A program made the translations under genes and the position numbers. Below, piece after piece: positions 9,607 to 19,474 of a stretch of DNA of 64,000 bases (positions are counted from its first letter, which is position 1; each line of letters starts with the position of its first letter). Location: contig CAWJCY010000003.1 in the NCBI GenBank assembly GCA_963841565.1, positions 96,001-160,000 of the forward strand, written 5' to 3'. This DNA is from an uncultured Nitrososphaerales archaeon (GTDB lineage Archaea; Thermoproteota; Nitrososphaeria; Nitrososphaerales; Nitrososphaeraceae). The notes under the pieces are model-generated. The model did no database searches. It saw only the letters and a list, made by a program, of their open reading frames with translations, and was not told the origin of the DNA.

Positions 9607-10275
9607 TTGCGATTGACAACACTAGATTGGCTATTTACTTTCTTTGATAGTTTTGGATATCTAGGTGTTTTCACTGCGAGCTTTGTTGGAAGTATTATTG
9701 TATTTGTGCCTGTTCCCTACTTTCCTGTTTTGGTAGCGGCTGCACTAAGTGAGCAATTAGACCCGAACTTGATTTCCCTTGTTAGCGCGGTCGGGGTCTT
9801 GCTGGCAAAAATGATAATATTTTATGCAAGTTATTATGGCCGGAGTGTTCTGAGCGACAAGACCAAACAAAGGATGTACCCCCTTCAGAGGGTGCTTCGC
9901 AGGTATGGTGGTTTGGGGGCATTCATAGTTGCATTGACACCTATACCAGACGATGTGGTATACATCCCTCTAGGACTGGCAAGGTATAGTCCATGGAAAT
10001 TTGCTATAGCTACGTTCTCTGGCAAGTTCATACTTAATGAAATAATTGTCTGGAGCTCAGTAATTCTAGGAAGACCATTTTTTGAATCATTTATCTCAGC
10101 AGATATAGATCCCCTGTACTTGACGCTTGGGATTATTGCTAGTGTAGTTGTATTGGTTATTATTGTATACCTTTCGATTCGCGTCGATTGGGCCAGAGTA
10201 ATAGGAAAGTGGTTCCCTTGGGCAGTAGATAGTTCAGATAATGACGATATTGCTAATCAGTCAAAATCGACTTAA
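9607..10275 (+). CDS. DedA/VTT (SNARE-associated) family membrane protein
   Basis: Multiple TM helices; ALTPIPDD..YIPLGLARY motif. Confidence 0.85.
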   Translation: MRLTTLDWLFTFFDSFGYLGVFTASFVGSIIVFVPVPYFPVLVAAALSEQLDPNLISLVSAVGVLLAKMIIFYASYYGRSVLSDKTKQRMYPLQRVLRRYGGLGAFIVALTPIPDDVVYIPLGLARYSPWKFAIATFSGKFILNEIIVWSSVILGRPFFESFISADIDPLYLTLGIIASVVVLVIIVYLSIRVDWARVIGKWFPWAVDSSDNDDIANQSKST

Positions 10276-10543
10276 ATTAGATACTGGGGGAAAACGAGGA
10301 CACCTTCAAAATAGAATTTGATCCGAATTGATAAAATCCCGAAACGAAACCCAAAGTAATTTGTCATTAACTTGAATTTAATTTTTTTTAGTTAAAGTCC
10401 TGTCCCGCAACCCAAGTTTCATGGCATGGGTCGCTGCTTCAGCATGAATCTTGGATTTTCAGCTATCGTCTGAATTCGAATGACTATAATTCTAGTGGAA
10501 TCAGCTCAATAACTTTATAACTGATACCAGAGATTAAAAATAC

Positions 10544-10651
10544 ATGCAATCAAAGTCTCATCTCTATAGTCTATACCTAGCGGCCAAGGTTTACATTTAC
10601 AAACTTATTAGAAGTAGGAAAAATAAAAGGGAAAACGAAATATCCGCCTGA
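10544..10651 (+). CDS. Putative small basic peptide (35 aa)
   Basis: MQSKSHLYSLYLAAKVYIYKLIRSRKNKRENEISA; TTTATAA at 10514-10520, ~24 nt before the ATG. Confidence 0.4.
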   Translation: MQSKSHLYSLYLAAKVYIYKLIRSRKNKRENEISA

Positions 10652-10709
10652 AATCTAATATCATAGAAACAAGACCGTAGCAGATAGGGTATCTTATGTT
10701 TTTAACAAG

Positions 10710-11513
10710 TTGCAAACAATAGATATTTTGAAGGCTGCCGCTTCCGCGGTATTCAGGGAGACAAGAGATCTAATTGGCAGACCCGAAAGCGGCGTGACAT
10801 TTGGAAGAGGCGCAGGAGGAGACCTGTCGTCGAAGATTGATTTGGTAGCCGAGAGCACTGTACTCAATACGATTGGAAAGCTTGAGTTTAGGCCGACAGT
10901 GATTGGAGAAGAGTGCGGTACAATTAATGGTGGTGATGGTTACTTGGTTATGGACGCCGTAGATGGAACGACTAATGCCACTCGCGGGATCCCATTCTCA
11001 TGCTGCTCTTTAGCATATGCAACTCATTGTAACCTTAGTTCAGTGAGTGATGCCGTCATAATTGATTTGAACACTGGGGACGTTTACGAATCTTCCGTAA
11101 ATAGTGGTACATTGATGAATGGAATTAGACTAAGGATTTATGACAATGATATTCGTCAGCGGGACAAAGCTCAGAACGAACTTGTCGTCGGAGTTAACAT
11201 ATCAGGTATGGATGCATGCAGTATTGAAAGAGTGGCCAAGATCATATCGAAATGTTTACACGTTAGACATTTGGGCGCGAACGCACTTGAATTATGTTTT
11301 TTTGCCCGAGGTCTTATTGACATGTATATTGATCTTCGCTGCAAAATCAGAGTAACGGATTTGGCAGCTGGTTATTTGATTACAAAAGAAGCGGGAGGGA
11401 TACTCTTTAACCCTCAAGGGGGATATCTTGACTCAGACTTGTCACTCGATAATAGAATATCTTTTATTGCCGCAAAGAACAGAGAATTTTTGCAACTCTT
11501 GCAAGCGAGCTAG
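10710..11513 (+). CDS. suhB: Inositol monophosphatase / FBPase family protein
   Basis: GAGGD..KIDLVAE, GEECG, DAVDGTTN, TDLAAGYLI..EAGG. Confidence 0.88.
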   Translation: MQTIDILKAAASAVFRETRDLIGRPESGVTFGRGAGGDLSSKIDLVAESTVLNTIGKLEFRPTVIGEECGTINGGDGYLVMDAVDGTTNATRGIPFSCCSLAYATHCNLSSVSDAVIIDLNTGDVYESSVNSGTLMNGIRLRIYDNDIRQRDKAQNELVVGVNISGMDACSIERVAKIISKCLHVRHLGANALELCFFARGLIDMYIDLRCKIRVTDLAAGYLITKEAGGILFNPQGGYLDSDLSLDNRISFIAAKNREFLQLLQAS

Positions 11514-11526
11514 AAGAATTGTTAAG

Positions 11527-11629
11527 CGCCCGGGCCGGGATTCGAACCCGGGTCGAAGGAGTGACAGTCCCCCATACTAGACCGGACTTTACAGAGCTTT
11601 TGAACAGAGCTCTTCTATACTACCCGGGC
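11527..11629 (-). tRNA. tRNA-Asp(GTC) with ~28 nt D-loop intron (~position 15/16)
   Basis: GCCCGGG acceptor stem, anticodon loop CT-GTC-AC, GGTTCGAATCC T arm; insert AAGAGCTCTGTTCAAAAGCTCTGTAAAG after GTAGTATAG; removal leaves 75 nt. Confidence 0.93.
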
Positions 11630-11804
11630 ACGCAAACTCAAGCAGTGAATCTAAAATACTAATTAAAAACGTTTTGCTTATTGATTTGCAAAATGAGAAA
11701 AGTGAATTCAGGTTACTTGGATGACCATACGAATACTCAGGCCGCATATTCTCATTAGTATATGATTAAATTATAGCCATGCAAAGCCTAACTAACAGCA
11801 CGGT

Positions 11805-11891
11805 GGGCCCGTAGCTCAGCCAGGTAGAGTACCGGACTTTTAACAAATGAAAGAGATCCGGCTGTCTCGGGTTCGAATCCCGACGGGCCCG
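11805..11891 (+). tRNA. tRNA-Lys(TTT) with 13 nt canonical 37/38 intron
   Basis: GGGCCCG..CGGGCCC-G; CCGGA-CTTTTA[ACAAATGAAAGAG]A-TCCGG; intron 11843-11855. Confidence 0.95.
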
Positions 11892-12756
11892 CATCAAGAT
11901 CTTTCGAATTCATAATTGATAATCGTCAGTTAAGCATGAATAAGCTAACTGATACATTACAGGAAATCCCAAGAAGGAGAGACAAACGTTAGACAGATGG
12001 CTTGATTGAATGAAGATTTTGGAAGTAAAATCAGGAAAGGTTGTAATCACGAAGGAGTATTAGGACTTCGAAACATATGAATCTCAATAGTATAGAACAA
12101 GAGAGAAATATGCTGGTCAGTTGTTGTATGATTCTCGTCTATGCAAGCTCAAAGTCTGAAATCTTGCAATCAAATTCAAGACGGAGTTCTGTAGATGTCA
12201 GCATCTCTTGTACCTATATAATATTCGTATTATTGAAAAAAAGATTTCCATATATATACAAACTATATGTGGAAGCTTTTGTATTTCATTGGAATACAAG
12301 AGACCTAAAATGATAACTTCAAATCTTGCATGAAACCACCTCACGCCGGGTGTCAGATGTTGGTTTTCAAGAATCATGCTCCCAATGAATCGTTCTTTCC
12401 ACCCTAACGGTCAATTCGGCAGTACATTTGGGATAATTGTCCAACATTGTTGAACTCAGCCATGCCCATTACTTAGGCATTAGGTAAATTAAAAATAGCA
12501 AATGAGAACAGACAAATCACAGTACTGAAATATTATCACTCCAATTGTTTTAAGAGTACAAGGAAACGATGGCTATTAACTGCCTAAGGGATACAAATAA
12601 GGAAACATTTTGCAAATGTTCCGAGTTCTCTTGACACTCCATGTGCGTTGCAGACGGATGAGCCTTTCCCTTGTTCATTGTAGAGTCACTGAAAAAGTCT
12701 TGTTAAGAAGTAACATTAAAAAGATTGGTGGTAAACGGGTAGAGATTACCCTACTT

Positions 12757-13395
12757 CTACGCGTTTGTGGGGTTTAGTTTTGCTGCATTGTTTGCAACAG
12801 CTGAAGGGACTTCTTTGTTACTCTGTTCAAAAGCTCTTGCGGTATTTGAAGTAACTCTTGATATCTCTTTGACGTTATCTCTAGCTTGTTGCCATGAAGT
12901 CTTGAGCAAGTCAAAGTTTGTAAAAATTGTGTTATTTACCAATCTGACAACAGTTACACTATTGTTGGCAATGTTGCTAATGGTTTGAGAATAGAATTCT
13001 TGGACATTTTGGGGGTTTATGCTGTAGTATTGTCGATATGTATTTTGAATATTCTCAAAGTATGGAGCAACTGAAGCGTTGAATGCATGTATAATGGCAT
13101 TCTGAGTGTCAATATAACTGGTTGCAATTTCTCCTGTAGCATTTACAACCTGTTCCTGGTAGTTGTAGATTGCTTGATTATAACGAGGGATCTGACTACG
13201 TGCCTCTTCTAATGATCTTTGTATATTCTGCTTGGTTTCATCAAGCATTCTTTCAGTACTTTCTTGGAGGCGTTCGGCTTGTTGCTGCTGCTGTTGCTGA
13301 AATGATGATGTCGTTGTTGTAGTTACTGCCGGTGCAGATTTAGTTGAATCTGCAGAAGATAATGTTTCTGTTTGATCTTTCTTTGTGGAAGACAT
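12757..13395 (-). CDS. Gln/Asn/Thr-rich helical hypothetical protein (resembles a Nitrososphaera-type paralog family)
   Basis: 212 aa with poly-T and poly-Q runs, then amphipathic helices (LDETKQNIQRSLEEARSQIPRY); TATA box ~25 nt upstream. Confidence 0.85.
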   Translation of the reverse strand: MSSTKKDQTETLSSADSTKSAPAVTTTTTSSFQQQQQQQAERLQESTERMLDETKQNIQRSLEEARSQIPRYNQAIYNYQEQVVNATGEIATSYIDTQNAIIHAFNASVAPYFENIQNTYRQYYSINPQNVQEFYSQTISNIANNSVTVVRLVNNTIFTNFDLLKTSWQQARDNVKEISRVTSNTARAFEQSNKEVPSAVANNAAKLNPTNA

Positions 13396-13548
13396 AACAA
13401 CTCTAATTCGCTACTTTCCCTATATAAATTATGGCATTATATACCATCCACAACCATTAGAGGACATAGATACCCAGCAAATTGGCATTAGCACTAGCAA
13501 GATTTGTCTGGGAAATGATAAATGATCCCATTGGACATCCTGAAGTGG

Positions 13549-14572
13549 TTATCTGTCTTTGCTAGAGCAGCTATTCTCGTGTAAACTCGGCTTCTCTCTT
13601 GTTCCATAATACCGCCTTTCTAAACAGATGACAAAAGCTAAGTATAGTAGTATCCACGGAATAAACATTATTTCACCGATGATCGAGTGGAACTGTTCCC
13701 AACTGCTAAAGTCTGAGTTCGGACCCAAGGCGTAAAGAGAAAGTAACGTAATTCGTATACTATTCACAACACAGGTCAATAATATTCCTGAAAATAAATA
13801 AATCAATGCTCTCCTCCATGGGATGACAGTTTTAAGTAGAAAAGCAAACATTACTAGGCCAAAGATAAAGATACTGTGAATGCCAGCAGATGGCCAGTAG
13901 ACTTTCATCACAACAGGCCCATTTGGGCTATATAATACCAACGTGTTCCCAGAGGTCTGCGAAGGAAACTCAGTTTGAAGATTCAGTAAGTTGCTAATTG
14001 GATCGAGGATTTCTACATTAAAATTGAGGTAGATTGGAACTAAATATTGAAGGAATCCCAAAGTGTCATATGGAAACAGAGAATCAAGAAGTAGGATTAT
14101 AGCATAGCCCATTAGAAATAAGGTAGCAGTTCCTCCAATTCTTAGCCAGTCCTTCTTTCCGAAGATCAACACTAGGGTTACAACAAAATAAATTGCTAGA
14201 ATAACATAATCCCACATCGACATCCAGCTCTCACTTATTAGCGCTCCTGCCGAACTTCCCATACCTGAAAGTATATGTGAAGAGCCGAAAGATAGACTGA
14301 AGAAATATAAGCTGAATCAAAATTGCGAAGGTAATGAGCATAGTTGATTCACGACCTCTGATAACAGGACGTGACCCAAGGATTTCAATCAAAGTCAGAA
14401 CCGTTGCAATCAAGAAACCTCCTCTTCCCGCGTTCCATGAGAATCCAAACGTATCGGGATAAAGAACATACGAAAGCAGGACCGGCCATACTAATACAAT
14501 GACAATAATAATCTGATTGTACCTGCTAGAAATCAGCCCGACACAGTTAGCTTTGACCAGGTTGTATTTCAT
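13549..14572 (-). CDS. Thaumarchaeosortase (archaeosortase/exosortase family); +1 frameshift near 14314
   Basis: N-terminal FSWNAGRGGFL; C-terminal VYWPSAGIHS (Ser at the catalytic Cys position), NSIRI, FHSIIGE; the two ORFs join as FAILISLYFFSLSFG when one base is removed. Confidence 0.85.
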
Positions 14573-14699
14573 CTGGGAAGTAATTCAGACTAAAAGGTAG
14601 TTAAGGACCTTGCTATTAAAAAATTGCAACTATCAATGTCAAAATGGTTTTGTTTCGTGAGCCAGCAAAAAAAGCCCTTTTTTTAAATGATTCAATGAC

Positions 14700-15314
14700 C
14701 TATTCTTCAACAGAAAAGGTTCTAGCTGCTCTTGAAATGAGTCTGGCAATTCTCAAAGGTTCAGGAATTTTTCCTTGGATGATAAAACTATTCAATATGT
14801 GAAGAGTTTTGGCAGGACTTATTCCCCAACTTCGAACATATACCGTCATTCCAGTTTTTAGAGTAATGTGTTCCCGATTTCCCAGTTTCCTATACTCCTC
14901 GACTCGTTTATCCGCTTCAGATTTAACAAAATTATTAAAAAATCTGTCTTCTATACCCGGGGAATCTTGGTATGTTACCCCAATTACAGGTATCCCAGTC
15001 GTTTCGAGTATTTTGTCACCAGCGACGACGTTGTATAGGCTTATTATCAAACCATTGATCATTATGCAATTAACGTCGTTCCGATCCAGTTTCCAGAACA
15101 TTGAGATAATTTGCTTGGTAGCGTCGTCCCCTCCAATCAATGCCCTTCCTAAGACGACCCCATCTACCAACATGTCACGACGTAAAACTACACCGCCGAG
15201 TGTTGAAAATGTCGAGTTCTTTTTGAAGCTTTCTGCGATTCCGAACACACGAACTCCTTTTTTTTCAGGGTGGATTCTTTTCTGATGCTTTTCGTCGAAT
15301 TCCATCGCACCCAC
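14700..15314 (-). CDS. DUF99 family (endonuclease dU-like) protein
   Basis: RVFGIAESF, GGDDAT, ISLYNVV, GKIPEPLRIARLI. Confidence 0.85.
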   Translation of the reverse strand: MGAMEFDEKHQKRIHPEKKGVRVFGIAESFKKNSTFSTLGGVVLRRDMLVDGVVLGRALIGGDDATKQIISMFWKLDRNDVNCIMINGLIISLYNVVAGDKILETTGIPVIGVTYQDSPGIEDRFFNNFVKSEADKRVEEYRKLGNREHITLKTGMTVYVRSWGISPAKTLHILNSFIIQGKIPEPLRIARLISRAARTFSVEE

Positions 15315-15589
15315 TTACTTATTAGCAAACCCCATATTAATGGGATCCTTGATCTGAGCAAGCCGTTTTTCTATGCGTATGTTAGTCCATATTTCAATGG
15401 AATGGGTCCATACCAGCAAATCATATCAAAATACCGACACACTACTATAACTCTGCAAAGCAATATCATAGGGTATTAATGTAGCCTCTATACGCTAAGG
15501 GTAAAGGAGTAAAGGAGTGTATAATCATATACATACTACAGTATAGGAGTAGATACACCGGATGTAGTAGTTCTATGACGATTTTTTAT

Positions 15590-16459
15590 TTAGACGAACC
15601 TCTGGAGATATTCGTAAGCCCTGTGAGCAGCTTCGATAGGCTTATCCTCATAAGTGTACAGTTCAACGGTAATGAAACCCTGATATCCTACCGATCTTGT
15701 TGCATCAAAAATATCCTTAAAGTTGATAGATCCTGCTCCTGGCAGCAAATGATTGTGCACCCTGTCGCTAGAAATGTCTGCTAGGTGGAAGTGTCCTATA
15801 TAGTCAGCGAGTTGATACACAACTTCAGCTGGGTCTTCTCCCACACAAAAAAAATGTCCCAGATCACAATTCATTCCTATACTCTTAGAGTCAAAACTCT
15901 TCAGAAATTCTGTAATTTGTGAAGAATTTTCTATTATTAATCCAGGTTCCGGTTCAACTAGAATTCTGACTTTTTCGGCTTCTGCGATCTTTACAACGTG
16001 CTCGATGTTTTTTTCAAAAAGCTTCACCAAATCCCTTCTTTTACCTGCATTAGCAGTCTGCGGTCCCCCTCCCTCCGTAGAGATATTTTTTGCTCCGAGG
16101 AGCCTGGCTGTTTTTAAGCAATTGATCGTATGCATAATACGGATGTCTGTAGAATGCTTATCCACTTCTATCCACGAAGGATGGTACACATCATTTACTG
16201 CAAAGAGCGTAAATGCATTCAAGTTAGAAACCTTTAGCTGCTGTTCTTCCAAAAGGCAATTCAAACGTGAAAGGCATTGTTTGGAGAGCACAGGAGGGTA
16301 AAGATGCGGAACATCACAGAGAATTTCAACACCCTCATACCCGATAGCTCCTATCTCCCTTATAGATTCCTCAAGTGAATACCGCTTGAAGGCATTTGTA
16401 CTAAATGCTAACTTCACGTACAAAGCTTCTCTATGGTTAATAAAACTCTTTATTACCAT
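15590..16459 (-). CDS. Sugar-phosphate isomerase/epimerase (xylose isomerase-like TIM barrel)
   Basis: GYEGVEI, VEPEPG, DLGHF, HFHLAD, H..PG.G.I, GYQGFITVELY. Confidence 0.88.
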   Translation of the reverse strand: MVIKSFINHREALYVKLAFSTNAFKRYSLEESIREIGAIGYEGVEILCDVPHLYPPVLSKQCLSRLNCLLEEQQLKVSNLNAFTLFAVNDVYHPSWIEVDKHSTDIRIMHTINCLKTARLLGAKNISTEGGGPQTANAGKRRDLVKLFEKNIEHVVKIAEAEKVRILVEPEPGLIIENSSQITEFLKSFDSKSIGMNCDLGHFFCVGEDPAEVVYQLADYIGHFHLADISSDRVHNHLLPGAGSINFKDIFDATRSVGYQGFITVELYTYEDKPIEAAHRAYEYLQRFV

Positions 16460-16560
16460 TGTAGGTCCAAAATTGCTTACTATTTGTTGGTTAGAGCTTA
16501 ATGAAACGCATCACAAAAATATCTGTTCGCAATTAATTTAGGAATCATAGAGAAGAGGGA

Positions 16561-17487
16561 GTGGATCTGGAAATTGAAAGTAATATGTTGAATCTGGAGA
16601 TTGCTGGCATCTCTCTGAGGAATCCGGCCATTCTTGCATCAGGATTTCTTGGGATATCTCAAGCTATCTTTGAGCGAATTTTTGATGAGGGAGCTGGAGC
16701 GGTTGTTAGCAAATCTATTAGTAGATATCCTATGGAGGGCTATAGAAATCCCACTGTCGTAGTACTTGAGAACAAGAGTTACATCAACGCGGTAGGGCTA
16801 TCAAATCCGGGACACGAGTCATTTTATGAGGAAATTAGGACAAATGACAAGGTTCCTCTATTGGTGAGCTTGGTAGGATCAGATCCATCAGATTTTGAAG
16901 TCATGACAAGAAAGCTTGATAAGTCAAGAATTATTGGATTTGAAATAAACCTATCATGTCCTCACGTTCAGAAACTAGGGATGGAAGTGGGCGACGATCC
17001 GCAAATGGTGAAATCGATAGTGAAAACAACCAAATCCAATACTACCAAGCCAGTTTTCGTGAAGGTAGGCGTTGGAAGTGCTAACCTACTTGATATCTCT
17101 GAAGCTGCTATCAATGCAGGTGCCGATGGAATCACAGCGATCAATACAATTAGAGCTATGAAAATTAGCATTGATAATTTCAATCCTATTCTAAGCAACA
17201 AGATTGGAGGGTTGTCAGGGACCTCAATTAAGCCAATCGCTATCAGATGTGTTTATGAACTCTCAAAGAAATTTGGTGTGCCTATAATTGGATGTGGCGG
17301 GGTATCTGATTGGGAAGATGCAGTAGAATTCATGATCGCGGGTGCGACATCGTTTCAGTTGGGAACAGCTATAGGCTTTGATGGTATGAGTGTCTTTAAT
17401 TCCATAAATAGTGGGATACTCAAATACCTAGAGAAGAAAGGTTATCAGAGTGTGAAGGAACTAATTGGCAGATCACACAAATACTAA
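16561..17487 (+). CDS. pyrD: Dihydroorotate dehydrogenase, catalytic subunit (class 1B)
   Basis: NPAILASG, NAVGLSNPG, EINLSCPH, GGLSG..IKPIA, IIGCGG. Confidence 0.95.
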   Translation: MDLEIESNMLNLEIAGISLRNPAILASGFLGISQAIFERIFDEGAGAVVSKSISRYPMEGYRNPTVVVLENKSYINAVGLSNPGHESFYEEIRTNDKVPLLVSLVGSDPSDFEVMTRKLDKSRIIGFEINLSCPHVQKLGMEVGDDPQMVKSIVKTTKSNTTKPVFVKVGVGSANLLDISEAAINAGADGITAINTIRAMKISIDNFNPILSNKIGGLSGTSIKPIAIRCVYELSKKFGVPIIGCGGVSDWEDAVEFMIAGATSFQLGTAIGFDGMSVFNSINSGILKYLEKKGYQSVKELIGRSHKY

Positions 17488-18319
17488 CATACTAAGGTTT
17501 GTCCGAATAAAAAAGGTAATTGAAGAGACGCCAACTATACGGACTATCGTATTTGAGGATGAGTACAGTATTGCTTCGATGCGTGGACAATTCTTAATGG
17601 TTTGGATCCCGCAAATCGAAGAGCTACCAATGAGCGTAGGGATCGAAAGCGTTGAAGGTCGTAAATTTGCGGGCGTTACTGTCCGAAAATACGGCCTTGG
17701 ATCAACAGCACTTTACCACAAACAAGAGGGGGAATATATTGGTATAAGAGGACCATACGGAAATTACTTTTCAATTCCCGAGAATCTTACGAATGCTCTG
17801 CTAATTGGAGGAGGTACTGGATTAGTGCCACTTGTGAGGTTGTTCAGTGATCTTCTACATGAACGGATCCAAACTTCACTAATAATTGGAGCGAAAACTC
17901 GGGTTGAAGTACTATTTGAGCACAGGGTCCAAAAGTTACTAGCCGACAATAATCTTAATGATAATAATGTTGCCTTTTCAACTGACGACGGAACTTATGG
18001 ATCTAAAGGGTCGACGGTGGACTTGGCGGAGTCAATTCTCGTTTCCAAAAGATTTGAGATAATGTATACATGCGGACCTGAACTAATGATGAAGGGAGTT
18101 CAGAAGTTGGGAGAAAGATTTTCTATTCCAGTTGAGGCTAGTATCGAGAGGTACATGAAATGTGCAATCGGGATTTGTGGAAGTTGCTGTATTAACGACA
18201 AACTAGTATGTCAGGATGGAACAATATTCGATTCGAATAGCCTGAGGAAACTTACAGAATTTGGTGTCAGCTACAGGGACAAGACTGGACGATCCTCCTA
18301 CTTCACCTCTCAGATTTGA
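17465..18319 (+). CDS. pyrK: Dihydroorotate dehydrogenase electron-transfer subunit
   Basis: GQFLMVW, RGPYGN, GGGTG, CGPE, ERYMKCAIGICGSC...VCQDG (2Fe-2S). Confidence 0.95.
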   Translation: MADHTNTNILRFVRIKKVIEETPTIRTIVFEDEYSIASMRGQFLMVWIPQIEELPMSVGIESVEGRKFAGVTVRKYGLGSTALYHKQEGEYIGIRGPYGNYFSIPENLTNALLIGGGTGLVPLVRLFSDLLHERIQTSLIIGAKTRVEVLFEHRVQKLLADNNLNDNNVAFSTDDGTYGSKGSTVDLAESILVSKRFEIMYTCGPELMMKGVQKLGERFSIPVEASIERYMKCAIGICGSCCINDKLVCQDGTIFDSNSLRKLTEFGVSYRDKTGRSSYFTSQI

Positions 18320-18582
18320 TGGGAAATTGAAACACAAGAACCCGTTTAATTATGCTAATTAAATAAAGTCGACATAGGTATTCACATTGGCCCAGAGATA
18401 AGTGGAATACCTCTAAACAATTCACCGCTGGATAGTTAAGACTTAAGTTGCTGGTCACACTATTTGTTTGGAAAAGAACTTACAATTGACAGCTGAATGG
18501 GTGATAGCAAGAGTAAAAAAGATGAACTATAGGTCAGGCTGTACTTGGAATACTCGGATAATGACCTTCCGCTGGTTTAGCC

Positions 18583-18894
18583 TCAACCATATCTACGCCT
18601 TTTATTCCTAAAAGATCGTTTTTTCTTGCCAGTCTTGGGTGGAACACTCTTCTGAAATGAAAATCTAAACATTTTACTCCCACTGGTTCTCTTAATCTGA
18701 ACATTATCCAGAAGTACTGAAGCGTATGGTGCATCGACTGGACCAATGAGTTCAGTCACTCTTCCAACTTTTTTACCTGCATTATCGAATAGGTTTTCGC
18801 CAGATTTCAAAACAATACCAGTTCCGATCTTCAATATTAATCGACCGCTCTTAGCAACATGAATTACCTCTCCAGCTTCAATTATTGAGGACAT
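18583..18894 (-). CDS. gar1: H/ACA RNP protein Gar1/Naf1 family
   Basis: GEVIHVAKSGRLI, VGRVTELIGPVDAPY, basic tail; follows srp19. Confidence 0.85.
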   Translation of the reverse strand: MSSIIEAGEVIHVAKSGRLILKIGTGIVLKSGENLFDNAGKKVGRVTELIGPVDAPYASVLLDNVQIKRTSGSKMFRFSFQKSVPPKTGKKKRSFRNKRRRYG

Positions 18895-18976
18895 CCCTTA
18901 GGTATGTTCCGCATACATTTTTTCAGAGACTTCGGTAACCATAGTCACAATATCCTTAGGTATTCGGACACATAAG

Positions 18977-19330
18977 TTATCGTCTCTTTGATAATTTGGC
19001 TCGATTTTGCACTATCTTTTCTGCTAAAGCATTTAGAATATTGGACTTCTTCGAATTTTCAATTTTTTCCAACATTACGTATCCCGATCTTACATACGGC
19101 CTCCTCGGGAACCTCGCAGATTCGTTGGTGTTGTCATTGCTTACTGCAAAACCTGCAGATTTGGAAGCATCAACTAATTCCTGAATTGAAGGGTCAAAGA
19201 TGGCCACATCCTTTGATACTTTCCTTCCCTTCCTTCGAGATAAATTACGGTTAAAATAATCGGTCCATACTATAACATGATCGTAGTCTTTCACAATAAA
19301 CTCCCTTTCTCTTGATAGACAATAGAACAA
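18977..19330 (-). CDS. srp19: Signal recognition particle protein SRP19
   Basis: VIVWTDYFNRNLSRRKGRKV, ARFPR..SGYV. Confidence 0.9.
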   Translation of the reverse strand: MFYCLSREREFIVKDYDHVIVWTDYFNRNLSRRKGRKVSKDVAIFDPSIQELVDASKSAGFAVSNDNTNESARFPRRPYVRSGYVMLEKIENSKKSNILNALAEKIVQNRAKLSKRR

Positions 19331-19474
19331 TATTTAAACTGAAATGATGGTGCGCAATTATTTGGTTTGACACAGTTGATGCTCCCAGAGGAGGACGTCT
19401 GTAAGCACATATCTATTCGGCATAATAGTATATCATAACTATTTAATAGATCTTGGCATTTCTGTCTACACTTA

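Noticed and set aside
12077-12313. 78-aa ORF after tRNA-Lys
   Set aside because: No recognisable motif or promoter; probably spurious.
15270-15570. 69-aa ORF and short tandem GTAAAGGA-GTAAAGGA-GT
   Set aside because: The ORF overlaps the DUF99 gene start; the repeat has only two units and no spacers, so it is not a CRISPR array.
18320-18582. Possible SRP RNA or H/ACA RNA next to srp19/gar1
   Set aside because: No SRP helix-8 motif, and no ACA box after the GGTCA/TGACC stem.
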